Assembly (NCBI GenBank): GCA_012295275.1
Contig: CM022665.1
Coordinates: 39,494,001-39,558,000 of the forward strand
From: Chrysomallon squamiferum
Taxonomy: Eukaryota; Animalia; Mollusca
Length of the DNA: 64,000 nt
Direction of reading: 5' to 3'
Shown: piece by piece, positions 1-14,811 of the stretch
Layout: the number at the start of each line of letters is the position of its first letter
How positions within the stretch are numbered: the first letter of the stretch is position 1
Program-made: the position numbers and the translations under genes
The notes under the pieces: generated by a model
The model's input: the letters and a program-made list of their open reading frames with translations, nothing else
What the model was told of the DNA's origin: nothing
Databases searched by the model: none

Positions 1-414
1 TTTTCACTCAAACTTAACACAAGATGTTTTCTTGTAAATACAAATGTATTATGTGTGTGCTAATTTTCACACCTGTAAGTAATAAGATATCCTGCATAAT
101 AGCTTGTAACAATAGATGTACTGTGATAAACAAAGTAGAGAACAATGATAGTGCTCTATAATTACACCTGGAAATATATTTGAAACACTAGGTGCTATAA
201 ATGATATTTTTTGTCACCACCTTCCATTGTTTTGACTGGGTTGAAACAGTTAAGATTTCACAATGAAATGTACAAAAAAAAAAAAAAAAAAGTAATAATA
301 AATAAATTAAATAAATAAGTTAACAAATAATGCAAATAAATTATAAATAAATAAATAAATAGTAATAATAATACTATCGATAAATAACAACAACAATAAG
401 AAGAATACTATTAC

Positions 415-462
<48 letters not shown>

Positions 463-568
463 TAATAATAATAATAATAATTATAGAAATAAATAATTAA
501 AAAACAATAATAAATTAAATTAATATAAAAATAAAGATAAAAAAAATAATAATTAAAAACAAAATAAT

Positions 569-599
<31 letters not shown>

Positions 600-736
600 T
601 ATGTATCCTTATTCCATGCATACTGATGAAAAACAGACCACTAACAACAAATATTCACTTAGGAACTTGTTAGACTACAGTTCTAAAAATTAAAACACTA
701 CTACTATATGAAGATATCTGCTTGCATGTGTATTTA

Positions 737-777
<41 letters not shown>

Positions 778-1146
778 TTGTGGGCAAAAGAGCAATAGCC
801 AGCCAGAATGTACAAGTATTAGACTTGATTTTCTGCATACTAAGTAAAAACAGATCACTATTATACACATATATTCATGTATGAACTTGCACGTGCCTGT
901 ACCAATTAGACTGCAACATGTAACATGTAATCTAATATCAATACTAACAAAATAAATGGAATTACAACTGTCTAGTTACTCAATACTAATCAAAATATTA
1001 CCAGAAACCATGACCAGTGAGGTAGAAGAAATTCATAAACATAATGATGAAGTTGCATTACAGTAAACTCACAACAGAGAAAGAAAATATATCCTGATAT
1101 TTTGTAAAAGTAATATAAAAATTGGTTACTTCTTGAAAATAAACAA

Positions 1147-1177
<31 letters not shown>

Positions 1178-2751
1178 TATATATATAATAAAAACAAATT
1201 AATAAGAATGTGGCAATTGGTTAATTTATTCACATCCCAGCATGTCCTGATTTATAGTTCCATAAACACTATTATTCCATAAACTTTCAAGATTAATGTG
1301 TGTATGTGTGAAAAAAAAAAAAAAAATAAATAAATCAAACCATTTACTGTACAGATATATTGCAATGTATAGCAACTATCTGTTAATACTACTATTCATG
1401 GAACTACTACATTTTGAAGTAGTGGACAGCATTAAAACAAAATAAAGGATAATCATCATGATAGTAATAAATGTGTCTTCAATCATTTTCTTTTATAAGT
1501 TTCAAATAAAAAGGTAAAATAAAATGTAAACACCACATAAAAAAAAAAAGGATTATGATGATGGTAGTAAAAAGTTTCTCTTCAATAATTTTCAGTTGTT
1601 GTTGTTTGTTTTGCTCCATATACCACCAAAACAAAATACATAAACAATTGTTCTATACATAACTTTAAACAAAAATACAGACAAATCTCATATTTGCTAA
1701 CCAAAACAAAAAGTAATAAATTGGAATTTAAATTATACTGCAAAAACAATCAGTAAAAAAAATATTAATTTATTATTTTGGACCTGGCTATTCCATTACT
1801 GTCCATTTTGTACAAATTAGCTGCTATTGTGTACTAAAACCTTATCTGCCATAAAACAGCTAAACAAACCATTTCAGTATACACGGCTAAATGGTTCACT
1901 GAACAGCATTCAGCATTATATACTTGATTGATCATTCTCATTAACGATGTTAACAATAGCTGGCAGGGTTATTTGAAAAAAAAAAGAAAAAAAAAGTTTG
2001 GTATTATACGTATTAATTTACCCTATTAGTGCAATGCATTGAACAGAAACGACCATGATGTTACAGGTCATTTTGATAAATGTCTCAGATGGCTGAAAAA
2101 GTAACATTTATCATAGATTTTTGTTTTAAAATTTTTATTTTTGTCTTATTGTTATATGTTTACCTGCTGGTGCATTGCTGTGAACAGAAACAGCTATTGT
2201 GTTATCGGGCATTTTAATCATTTTATGGATCATCGAGGAAGTTACCTTTCACACAGATATTTATTTCATGCATTTTAAATATTTGTAATTTAAAACATAC
2301 ACTCACACTCACAGCCACAGAAACATTTTTCTTTGATGTTTTTGTTTCTTCAAGTTATAAAAAAATACAAAATAAAGAATTTTGAGGTCAGTATACATGT
2401 ATTAAATACTGACTCCACTTTAACCTATGAGGTATCAACCTTCCATTTATTAGTTTATTTAATACTCAGAAAATCTGCTGATCCACTGCAATTCACTTAG
2501 CAAGTAAGTATTTCACATGCAAATTACACAAGAGTATACCAGTTACTACTTGGTTTTATGACTGTAATATATTCTATAAATGAAGTTTTGTAAATCTGAG
2601 AAGCTAATAAATAGCATGAAAAAAAAAAAAAGGAAAGAAAGAAGAAAAGAAGAAATAACAATAATAGTAACAAAAGAAGAACAAAAAAGGAAAGGTATAA
2701 CAATAATTAAAACAAAATAGCTGGCTTAACAAAATCAGTGATGAGCATGAT

Positions 2752-3345
2752 CATTCCAAAAATCAGCAAAAACAATTATCATTCCATTAACAGTCTAATT
2801 TCAGAATGAACATCCATTCCAAAACCAAGTTTCACCATAACATTCATTCCATCAACAGCCCAGTTTCAGAATATAAAATCATTCCATCAACAGCCCAGTT
2901 TCAGAATGTATAATCATTCCATCAACAGCCCATTACAGAATATATAATCATTCTATCAACAGCCCAGTTTCTGTACAATTGCTTGTTTTATGAACAGCCC
3001 ACTTTCAGTATGAACACACATTCCACCAACAGGCCATCTTAAGTAAAAAAACAAAAACAAAAAAAACTAAATAAAAAATGTACATTCCATCAAAGCCCAG
3101 ATTCAGCATAAACATTCATTCTGGTAATACTTAGTTCACTTTTCTGAAGAACTTGTTTCAGTAAAAATACTAATACAATCAACAGTCTGTTTTCAGCTTT
3201 TCAGTTTATTACCTGTCTATATACTGTATCATGAGCCCTTTTTCAGCATATTTCTTTATTAATTATCTCATTTCAGAAACTATATCAACAGCCCAGTTTC
3301 AGTACAAACATTCATTCCACCAACAACCCAATTTCAGTATAATCA
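2752..3345. repeat. Degenerate ~32-bp minisatellite
   Basis: Recurrent unit CATTCCATCAACAGCCCAGTTTCAGAATATAAT, best preserved at about 2845-2970. Confidence 0.8.
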
Positions 3346-6300
3346 CTTCATCACTCCTCATTATCAACATAATCACCATGTGAGGACTGTCTACAGAAGC
3401 TGCCAGATAAAGGTGTGGTCACTTTGTGAGTGGTGTTTGTCATAAAGATTAGGAAGGCTACAGTGCTGTTTGCTTCAGGATTAAGTATTCGGTGGACAAG
3501 ACAGTTCAGTAAACAGTTGCCCACCAGTAATACTTAGTTCACTTTTCTGAAGAACTTACTTACTTCCCATCATGCTTATCAGTGAAGACTGGCCAAAAAG
3601 AATCTCTAATGGTTTGATAAAACTCTCAGTTTGGCAAGGTTTTTATCTCAGAGGTGTCACAAATCTCTCGAACTACCCACTGCAAGAGGCCAGTTATCTT
3701 TTAAAACACCTTATTTAAATATTTCCATGTCAGAATGTAGCCTTCATTTCCCCCATCCACTCTTTAACCAAATACTTGATGTCATATCAGCTGCTTTCAT
3801 CACTTGATTTTGAAGTGTATTTGTGGTGGTATGGGCAAACCACTACTAAAATTATCTATACTTCCATGCTGTTATTTTATTGTTTTGGGGAAACCTATTA
3901 TCACTCCTAACAATGTATGATAATAAAACAACAGTTTCAAACATCTGAACAGTCATTTTACCCTTTCAGAACTGGAGTGGTGACACTATCATGTTATTTT
4001 TCTAACAACAAATGGTGAAGCAAATTGTATGCCTTGTATACACTGACACAGTGACTATAAAAAACTGACAGTCCCAGATACTTTCTGAAATGAGTTCTTT
4101 TATTGCTCTACCTTACAATTATTAATTAACACTGCATTGCAAAAATACAAATCAAATATATGTCTAGACTATTTCATAGGTATACTTTAAATGAAAATGT
4201 TTTGACTAAATATAATTATTTATCAAATAAAACTCATAGGAAGTGTGCTTAAAGATGTTAACCTTTACTTTGGCCAAATTATAGATACACAATATTATTA
4301 AAAGGTCATAACCTTTGTCTAACCTGTAACATCTAATTATGTTAATAGATTGTTAGGAGATCAAATTGTATTCATTTGCAAAGTTCAAAACTATTATTAG
4401 TATTTTATTTTTGGAAATGGTTTTATATTTATTTTGCAGTGTAAACGTTGACACTAAACTGAAGAGGGAAAATAAAATTAAAATATATTTAAAAAAATAA
4501 TAATAATAATAAAACATTTTTTTTTTAAATCCCAACTCTTGACCTCACTATAAAGACCAAAAAAAAAAAAAAGAAAAAAATTAAAATAAAAAAAAATATA
4601 ATGAAATAAAATAAAATAAAATAAAATTATAACCATAAAGAAAAAGGAAAGGAAAATATCTTCTTAGCAGTTAAAATGGTTCAGGAAATTGGTCAACTGA
4701 GGTTCACAAAAGTCAGGTGAGAGGCAAAACTTTAACAGGTCTTACTATTTACCTGAATACCTCACAACACTATATAAGACAAATGGACAACAGAAGTAAA
4801 GAGGAATTACAGACTTCAAATACCATACCACTCTTCAACACATACTTGTAGTTTTTCAAGTGCCTGTTCTCACATTGTACCAGACAAAAGATTGATTTGC
4901 AAGACAGACATATACATTTTTCTAATTAGACAACATCTCTGTAATGGAGGTAGGACATGTCTCCCAGTGTTTGCTGTTGGGTGACACTGTAAAGACATAG
5001 CATGATTAACCTCAATAAAATACTGCTTTTTTTTCCCCCCCTTGTTTGACATTTTGAATTCACCTTCTTTGACTCTTCCCTGTAACACATGATACACTTT
5101 AGGGAGGGAAATGAAGACGCACATATACACACAAACACACACTATGTCAATGTAGAAAGGTCAAGCGTTTTGTGTTCAGTTCAACAGGACAGAATGGTTA
5201 TTATTGACAGACAAACCATGTTGAAAAATATTGTTTTTCATACAACTAAACATTTGTGTATAATATTCAACATAAATCAATAGACGTGTACACAAATGGT
5301 TCAGTTTGTGACAAAATAACTTACTGTTCAATGTATTTATTTACTTGCACTGTTAAGTATATGCGTTTGTACCTTTAAGTATGGTAAATGGCAAAGGAAA
5401 TAAAAATAAAAACATCTAAAAACAATAATAAAAAACATAATAAAAAAATAACATAAAAAGTTTAAAAAAAATGTTACTGTCATTCTAACATACATGAAAA
5501 CATAATAAAAAAAAACCCAAAATTATTAAAAATTATTATTATTATTATTTTTTTTTTTTTTTTTCAATAAATGATAAGTCATTGATTTTTTTTTATTTTT
5601 TAATATCTGGAGCTGTTACAAAAAAAATCAGCATTATTGTATTTTTTTTTTTGAACTCAAAAGTGTAGAAATAAACTTTTTACATACATCATTTTATTTT
5701 TAATATCTTCTTCTTTCTTTCTTTTTTTTTTATTATTAGTCATTTACTTTTTTCTTCTTTTTAACAATAATTTAAAAACTTAAAACTTATTAATTTCAAA
5801 CAGAAATAATAAAATTGCCCCTTTTTTTTTTTATTTTGTGATTAAAATTTATCCATTTTGAATGTGTCTGCATCTTCACTTGAACACAACTAACATTTTT
5901 ATTTTTAATTGATTTATTTCAGTATAAAGTTTTTGCCAAGTACAAAATTTCAATTTAATTTTAAGAAGTTTCAATGCCATAAAGAATGTATTCATTCATA
6001 CAAACATAGAAATGACAATAAATTGGCACAAATCTTTTTATTAGTTTGATTATCAAATCAAACCCATGCTGAAAATATCCTAGAGCAAATTCAAAAACAT
6101 ACTGGTCAATCACTGGCATTATCAAATCACACCCAAATCAAAATTTTCAACTAGCTGAAAAACATACTGGTCAGTCACTGTCCTGCTGAAATGACCCGAA
6201 TCCCTTCTTGTATGTTTTTTGACCGCTAGGACAACATGACCTTGTAGGGCAAATTGTAGCCATGAAAGGACATCCTCTGGACACACATGACCACTCAGAT

Positions 6301-7820
6301 TGTCAGTGAAGCTGACTCATGAAAGCATGCATGGGTGAGAACACAGTTGACCGACACCAGAATGCTGTCCAGTTAATTTGTTTTACCCCAGTACACAACA
6401 GTCAGTGAATCATTACAGTGTTGACACCAGACTCACTCTATCATTAGCAGAGAACTCAGGGCATCATCAGTTATCTGTGAAAAATAACTATGGTGGCTAA
6501 GGCTAGGATTACCAGCTAGCTGCACAGATGTAGTAAGATTGGACTGTTGTGGATATGGGTGATTTTAAAGCAGTGAACTGTTCAGCCATGCCTCTCATGG
6601 GCTACATGATTGCTTTCCATACATGCTTTCCAAGAGAGTTCTGTCCAACCAAAGGACAGAATTGCTAGATGTGAAAGTCTGTTACAGTTCACATTAAAAT
6701 CTGGTTTTCATAGGGCTGTTGTTTAGATGCCAAACTTAATAAAATAAAGTAAAATAAAATAATAATAATAATAATAACAGACATTAATCATCTTTGATTA
6801 TTGTCATTTTCTCACAAACAAATTAAGTATATCCATTCCTTATCATTAACTTACTGACCTATTAAATTACACAAATTCTCCCATCATTAGCTTACTTATT
6901 CAATTGTCATATAAACATGTTACTCATTATGCTACATTTATTCCTATACTATTACACTGCTGTCATTTATAACAGATTACTTCAGCACTAACAAATAATA
7001 TTTGTACTATGTACTGAGAACGTTAAAAGAAATTAACAGAAAAAAATAAACAGGTATAAACATGTATCTTCAGTAACTTAAAGCTGGACAAACAATGAAG
7101 CATATTTTAACACTTAATGGATGTTTTCACACCTCACAGGAAAAATAAACATGATTAAACTTAACCTGTCAAACAGCAAGTAAAACATGACTCTTCTTTC
7201 TGTCTATTAGTAAAGACAACAAACGTAATTATTTTTTTTTCCAGTTTCCTTTTGTATCAGTTTATTTTAGTTACATTTATGTTCCTTTGACTTTTTCCCT
7301 TTGTCAAAAGAATAAATAAATAAATAAATAAAAAATAAAAAGAAGTGACTGATTTTAAATGAATTATCTTTTAATTTTTTGAACTGCTTGCTAAACACAT
7401 CTGTGATTTTACACATACATACACACATGCAGACAGACTCATAACATTTGAACATGAATTGTGTATAAAAAACTTTAAAAAAAAATAAAAATAAAATAAA
7501 GACACAAACAAATCAGAATAGTATAATACCATACAGAAATGCAAGTGAAATATAGATTAATTAGAAGTTTAAAAAAAACAAAAACAACAACAATTTAACA
7601 GTCTGTCATCACTAATAAACCTTGGGCTTGAAAATATACAAATTGTTTTGAAGTACATGTCAAGAGCTTAAGCAAAATTTTCAGTAGAGATAACCATCAT
7701 ACCTTGCAGATAAAACTAATTTAATATCACATCTTGCATAGTAACAGATGTTGTTCAGCATGGCTAACAAACTATCTGTCATAAGCCATTGGCAGGGAAA
7801 GCCAAAAATAAAATGAAAGT

Positions 7821-7930
<110 letters not shown>

Positions 7931-9014
7931 CACGGACAAAACTGACAAAAGTAAGTAATGAAACATAACGACATGGTCTATGTGAGATGTGGTCAAACAT
8001 GTCCAAACCAATAAAGCTGTAATTTTCTCACTGTTAAACATTTCACAGATGATTAACTTAACTGTCAGACTGGACTCTCTGAAGGATCTGAAATGTTTAT
8101 CTACAAGCACTGCTTATTCTGCACAGTATGAATGGGAAAACCAGTATGTCTCTATCAAGACGATCAAACTCTGGCTTCCAATGTTAATCTCTTCCATGAT
8201 TTCTTTGGCTTTAGAAGTTAACCACTTCCAGGATTTCTCTTCTAATAAAAACAAAACCATGCAGAAGCTATGAAGACACATTCTGCAAACTCTCAAGCAT
8301 GAAAAATAATGTTCACGATCTGGAAAAGTGTTTAACTCTTCCTGCTGGAAGTCAATTTGTTACCTGCAGGCTTTCGGAATGAAGTTGTCTCAAAAGATAA
8401 TGGATCAGACATGCATTCATTCTGTTTGTAAGATACAGGGTTTAACATAAATATATAGGAATCTGGTGAATTTCTTTTTTAAAATCATACTGATTTAAAA
8501 AGAAAGATGAAAATATATTTGAAATTCACAACAATCTGATGCAAAAACTTGGTTTTTGAAACTCAGATACTGACAGATATAGGCAGACAGACACATACAT
8601 AGACACTTTTGTATTCCTGAATTTGTAGGTTAAATCAGAACATGTGTAATTTAGGCCAAACAATCTACTTCTTTTCACAGGTAAATAACACTTTCTAAAT
8701 TCTAAATACAATAGGCCTGCTTTGATTACAAATTGCATTAGAAGTTAGTATTCTCAGTAAAAAGCTTTGAATCTCTCCATTCAAGACGCTTGCAATTGGA
8801 TAGTGCTTTCACTGAAAACAAACATACCAGAGAGACAACAATTGAGAAAATAAACAAACATTTAAAAGGGTTACCAGTCTCTCTGTTTGTCCAAAATTAG
8901 CAGATAATTGCTTAAAGGGGATAGGATTCTATGCACATGCTGAAGGAAAGCCCTGCTTGGACTGCTAAGACAATCACTGAGAGGTGGGGAAAAAAACAAA
9001 ACCTAGTTTGTAAC

Positions 9015-9600
9015 AATGTGATCTCTTAGCAACTTCAAAAACACAAAAAATTTAAACATATCTGTGACAAATTAAAGTCCAACAATGAAAAAGATATTTT
9101 ATGAATCTTTTTTTTATTATTATTATTATTATTATTACTGCTAATACTAAATGATATAAATTAACATATGTAATGGCAATGTCTCAGCAACTTCAAAAAA
9201 AGGATTTAAACATGTCTGTGACAAATTAAAGATACATATCCAACAGAAATGTTTTTTATCTCAGTTTTGTTTTTTGTTTTGTTAGAAGTAAGTGCCTTTA
9301 TTATCACTACTATTATTAAATGAAAATATATACAACAGTGATGCAGTAGCAACTCAAAAAAAACCCCAAAAAACATTTGAATTTCAACATATTAAAGATT
9401 CATGTCTAACAGAGGGGAAAAAAACCTTAAAAAAACAAACAAAACAAAAACTGCAGTTAACTTGTTTGTTGTAACTGCCATTATTGTTACTACTACTACT
9501 AAATGAAAAGATACGTAACCATGATGCCTTAGCAACTTCAAAAGACAAAGAATTTGAACAATGACAAATTAAAAATGCATGTCTAACAGTTAACTTTCCA
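9015..9600. repeat. Old degenerate tandem repeat, about 160-185 bp x4
   Basis: Core TAGCAACTTCAAAA...TTTRAACA...ACAAATTAAA...CATRTCYAACAG recurs near 9027, 9185, 9347 and 9529. Confidence 0.7.
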
Positions 9601-11018
9601 TGATAATGTATTATGTTCAGTTGAATATTGTTTATTCTATGCCATTATTACAGTTAATACTAAATAATATAATAAGTAATATATTTCCGATTTTTTCACA
9701 TATTTATAGGAAAGTATAATAAATTTAATATTATAATTTGTACAAATTACTGAAAGTACATTTTTGACATGATACAAGAACAGTTTGTAATATCCTGAAA
9801 ATGTAACAAGCAATCTTGGTTAATATTTTACCAGTAAAAATCAATGCTACGCTTCACCAATTAACAGCACTCTATCTTTATAATAAAAAAAAAATATCGA
9901 TACTTGTAGGTAACTGTCTTTAGTTGTTAGAACACATGTATTTATGTGGGTTACTATTGATCAAAATGTTTCTGTTAGTTTCGATAACTTTCTTTTCTGA
10001 ATACAAATTACATTTTGAAGTATTGATAACTCAGAAAAACTCAAATATATTCCTGACATGTTTATTTTATACATTAAATGAAATATTTAGTCATTTCATA
10101 TATTTTCTTGAAGTTCGTTTCAGTAATATAGTGAGTGGCATATATATTTTCGTAGAACCATTAAAAAATGGAGAAAAAAAAGAAATTAAACAACCTCCCT
10201 CTAAAAACATACAGACATACGCACACCTAAAACAAAATAAAATAAAATATAGTAACAAATAAATAAAGGACAAAATGTGGGAATTCAAAATTTCAAAAGA
10301 AAAACACTTGAAATGTATAACAATTATTATTTTGACTGACTTAATGTACTTAATATACAACTTACAACACCTAAACTGATTTGCCCTTTACTGATTTACT
10401 ACGCACATATTAACAACAAAAATTAAACTTTCAAACAAGTTTATGCTTGCAAACAGACAATAAATAATTAAAATAATAAATAAAGAAATTAAAGAAAACT
10501 AAATAAAGAAAAGTAAAGGAGAGAAAAAAAAAAACCCAACACAAACAAATTAATACACATAAAAGTCACTTACTGTCGACATAAATTAATGTTAAGAACT
10601 GTTTTGCCATTTGCATATTCTTCAAATAACTGTCATGATATAATATATTAGTACATGTATTAAAAACCATTTTAAAGTTTTTTGAATGCATTTTTTTAGA
10701 GATTTAGATAATAATACTGCCAACCTAATGATGCTTTTAATATAATAGTAAACATTTCTAATAAATAGACAACATTCAGCAGAAACAAGAAATGTGCAAC
10801 CAGACAGAAGTGTATTCATTGTGAAGTATTTTAAATCACAAATACTTCTTTACATATGCATGTCTATATGAATCATTACTTACAGAAAACAGAAATGCAA
10901 AAAGATGTATTCAATTTTTGTTTGTGAAAGAAAGAAGGAAAAAAAAAAAGAAAAATTATGTGTCAGATTAATTCTGTCACTGATAATAAACATCCAGGTC
11001 TATAAAAGTTTTAAAAAT

Positions 11019-11053
<35 letters not shown>

Positions 11054-14000
11054 ATTGTTCTTATTATTTGAAAAGTCTAACACAAATTCTTATTTTTCAG
11101 TGTTAATTAATTAACTGCTTAGATCAAGATTCAGAAAACTGGTGCCAGCTTCAACAATCAAACTTTGAAAAGATGGAAATTTTTAAAGATAATAATAAAA
11201 CAAAGTAAAATACTGATGAATAAAATTCTTAAAATTAAGCTAGTCAGTACTTTTAGTAGATTTCAATTTGTTTAATGAAATTATTTCCACCAAATTAAAA
11301 AAAAAAGAATAAATAAACAAAGAATAAAATTTGGACAAAAGTAAAAAAAAAAGAAAGATAAAATTACTTCAAACAAACTACATCTAGCATACATAAAGAA
11401 TCCTTTAAAAAATTAGTTTTTAAATATTAAGCTTTCTATCTTTTAAATATTTAATTATTTATTTATTTATTTATAAAACAACAGTGTAGATAAGAAGTCC
11501 ACTTCAGTTTCAGTCAGAGATAATCAACCAAGTTAATACATGTAAAAAACACGTTTGTATATGTACAATCCACAAACCTGCACACACTGATAAAGAACAC
11601 AGCTGAAAACAATACTTTTACTTTTAAAATCACAATACTAACAATAACTCTTATGTTGAACAAAACTAGTCAGGAATTACATATATAATTTATTCATATA
11701 CACACAAAATTTAGATATTAACAAGAATTACAATAATTTCAATATTAAAAATCAATCTGAACAAGATTTTTTGCTATTAAACTAAAGTGTACGTTGTTTC
11801 TATGTGTGAATAAGTTACAAAAAGTATAAAATATGACTGTTTAATGTCATTATTTATTTAGATTTGCTGTGTTTAACATTGTAATGTCAGTACTTTGAAA
11901 ATGATTCACACACACACACACACACACAGAGGAGATCCATTCTTTATTGTTATTTAAACTATTAAATTACATCTTTTTTCCACTCATACATATATTCATA
12001 TAAATATACTTTCACATACATATATACACATACAATTTCTTAGGTTACTAATATGTTTTATCTCTCTGTATCTAATGTATATGCTAATTTAAGTATAGAT
12101 ACACAAACAGATAGAGATAAGAGATTAAAACTGACAAATAACAAGAAAACAAATATTGAACATCAGAAGTAATAATCTCACTGACACTTCTAAAGCTCAA
12201 ATAAAGCTTTAATAAAAATAATAAAAGAAAAAAGAAAGAAAAAAAGGAAAAAAGAAAAACCTCATAGTTTCTCCACCACTCATGAATGTACATACACTAC
12301 TTGTATGTATAAATCTTCAATAACTTGTGTCTACATTGTACTGGCAAGTTTGTACTACAGAAGATCAACAAAGTATTGGAGTGCAGATAAACAATACATG
12401 TCACTCATGATAACCTGTGTGGCCAGGACAACATCAGGGGCACGCATAATGTGTCTTTTTTAGCACAAGGCTTGTCCAATATCACACCACACTGCAATTA
12501 ACTTCTACACCTCTCTTCCTTTCTCAAACCATTGTTTGTTTATATTTGAGAAGAACATCAGAATATCAAACACCTCCTTGGCTACTCTGAACTCACTGGC
12601 TAGCTAATAGGTCAAGATCAAAGATTATACACACAGCAAATATCCTTTTAGATAACTTCGAATACTGAAGGTTAAAATTTTGTAATTTTGAGAAGAAAAT
12701 GTTTAAAAAGAAGAACAAAAGTCAAAGATAAATCTTTAATGTGAGAGATAAACTTTTAAAAGAACTGAGATTATGATTATTATTATAATGGTGATGGTAA
12801 TGATGATGATGATGATGATGATGATGATGGTAATTGTCAGGTTCTTTCAAATTTTTAATCCTTCGTACTCCTCTTAGTGCATTAAAGGTTAAGGCTTACT
12901 GTTTTACCCAAATGAAACACAAGATTAATATGTGTATTTTGTTAGCAGTGATCAAAGTTTAATTTTAAGCCATATATTGCCATTTTAACTTCTCAGAATT
13001 CAAAACGTTTTTCAGTATCTCTTGGTGAAGAGTTTACACTAGTGATAATTAATAACAGTAGTGGAAATAACCATAATCATAACAGAAGTAATAAAACCCA
13101 ATGTTCTTACAGTAATAGTAAAAATAATAATAAATTACAACAAGTGCAAAAAGAAACATACTAAAGAATACTCAAGAAGCATGTTAAGCTGAAACAAAAA
13201 CCTGATGCTGTTATTTACACTAGTAGTTTTATTGTTTATCCTACACTGAAATAACTTAACACTCCTTGGGCTTGTCTGATCTTGAGTTACTTTATACCTT
13301 ATCATACTTACAATGTTCTTGTTTGAGTCGATATTCTTTTCAGGTCTGGACACATCAGAAAGAAAAAAAACAACAAAAAAACAAACACACAGCCAAGCTA
13401 CTGGTTTAAATAACTAGGTGGTGTTGTTGTTGTTTTTTTTGTTACAAGGAGGAGGGATTCAAATAACATTTAACAATGGGTATATCATATTTATGACAGG
13501 TATAGGATATGTAAAAAAAAATAAAGATATATTCTTAAACTGTAATTCAGCACTTGTTAGATATCACAGTATGAGTATTCCAATTCGGATAAACTTTCAA
13601 TCATTTTAAATACATAATCTGTGTTTTGAAATTTACATTGGGCATTGTCCACCCATGTAACCTGTAATTTAAACACTGTAATTTGTGAAGTGTTGCCTAA
13701 GGGGGACTGGATAGATTTATTATTTTTTCTTTTTTTTTTGTTTTGTTTTTGTTTTATTTTTAAATGTTTGTTATTGACCTTAATAGCTTTATTTTAAAAA
13801 TAAGAAAGTAAAGTCTCATTTGAGATAGAAAGAGATACTCATAAACATGTTCATATTATATTAATCTCACATGCTTTTGATAATTTTGTAAATAGAAGTT
13901 TTCTTTAAATTATTTTGATTTCTTTTTTATATTTCTGTAGATATTCAGTATATTTTGTTATTTATTTAAACTTTTGTTGGTACAGGAAAAAAATAAAATG

Positions 14001-14767
14001 AAAAAAAAAAAAAGAAAAGAATTTATCCAAAATTGTATTTCATTACACCCCTAATCTGGTTTATTTATCTTTAAATTGAATGAAAGAAAATTTGTTAAAT
14101 GACCTGTCAACATTTGATTAATAATGTTATTAGACATAATAAATTACACAAGAAGAACTCCAGTGCCACCACATAATAGGCTAGTCTTATCAATTAACAG
14201 CGAGGGGTTTTTGTTTACATTTATAGCCCTGCATAGTCAGAAATAATATACTTTTAAAATGATTAATACTGAAAATAGAATTAGCATTTGTTTTTATGAG
14301 TTGATGTATGCACACATCCACCAACAATATAGATATGAATGCCAAACTCTGGGTGTGTGTGTGTGTGTGTGTTGACATCCTAACATTTACCATCACCTGC
14401 ATAATTACATTATGTATGAATACTAAACTCTAGATAATACCAATATTTGTTTCAAGCATCATTTTAATCTTGTTTCCTGTAATCTAAAATCCCTTGAGTA
14501 AACACTGTTTTCACATGGTATAGTAAGGTGGACTTATCCCGGCAAAGCTGAATAATTCTGATCCCTAATGCTATATCAAAGAAAAAGTTCTTTCCAGGAC
14601 ATTCCTTATGTGTTAATGACATTAGAAACAATCCAAAGTTAAGGATGTGTGAAAAAAAAAAAAAAAAAAAAAGGAAAAAAATAGAAAAAGAAAAAGAGCT
14701 AATCTTGATTTAGTGCACCTGTACTGAAGGTGGATAGTGTGGTTTTATTCAGAACTCTTTTAAGGAC

Positions 14768-14811
<44 letters not shown>

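Noticed and set aside
6180-6700. GC-richer patch, possible exon or TE relic
   Set aside because: Stops in the frames examined and no recognisable motif; left unassigned.
7989-8296. 94-aa plus-strand and 60-aa minus-strand ORFs in the Girdin intron
   Set aside because: No recognisable domain or splice support.
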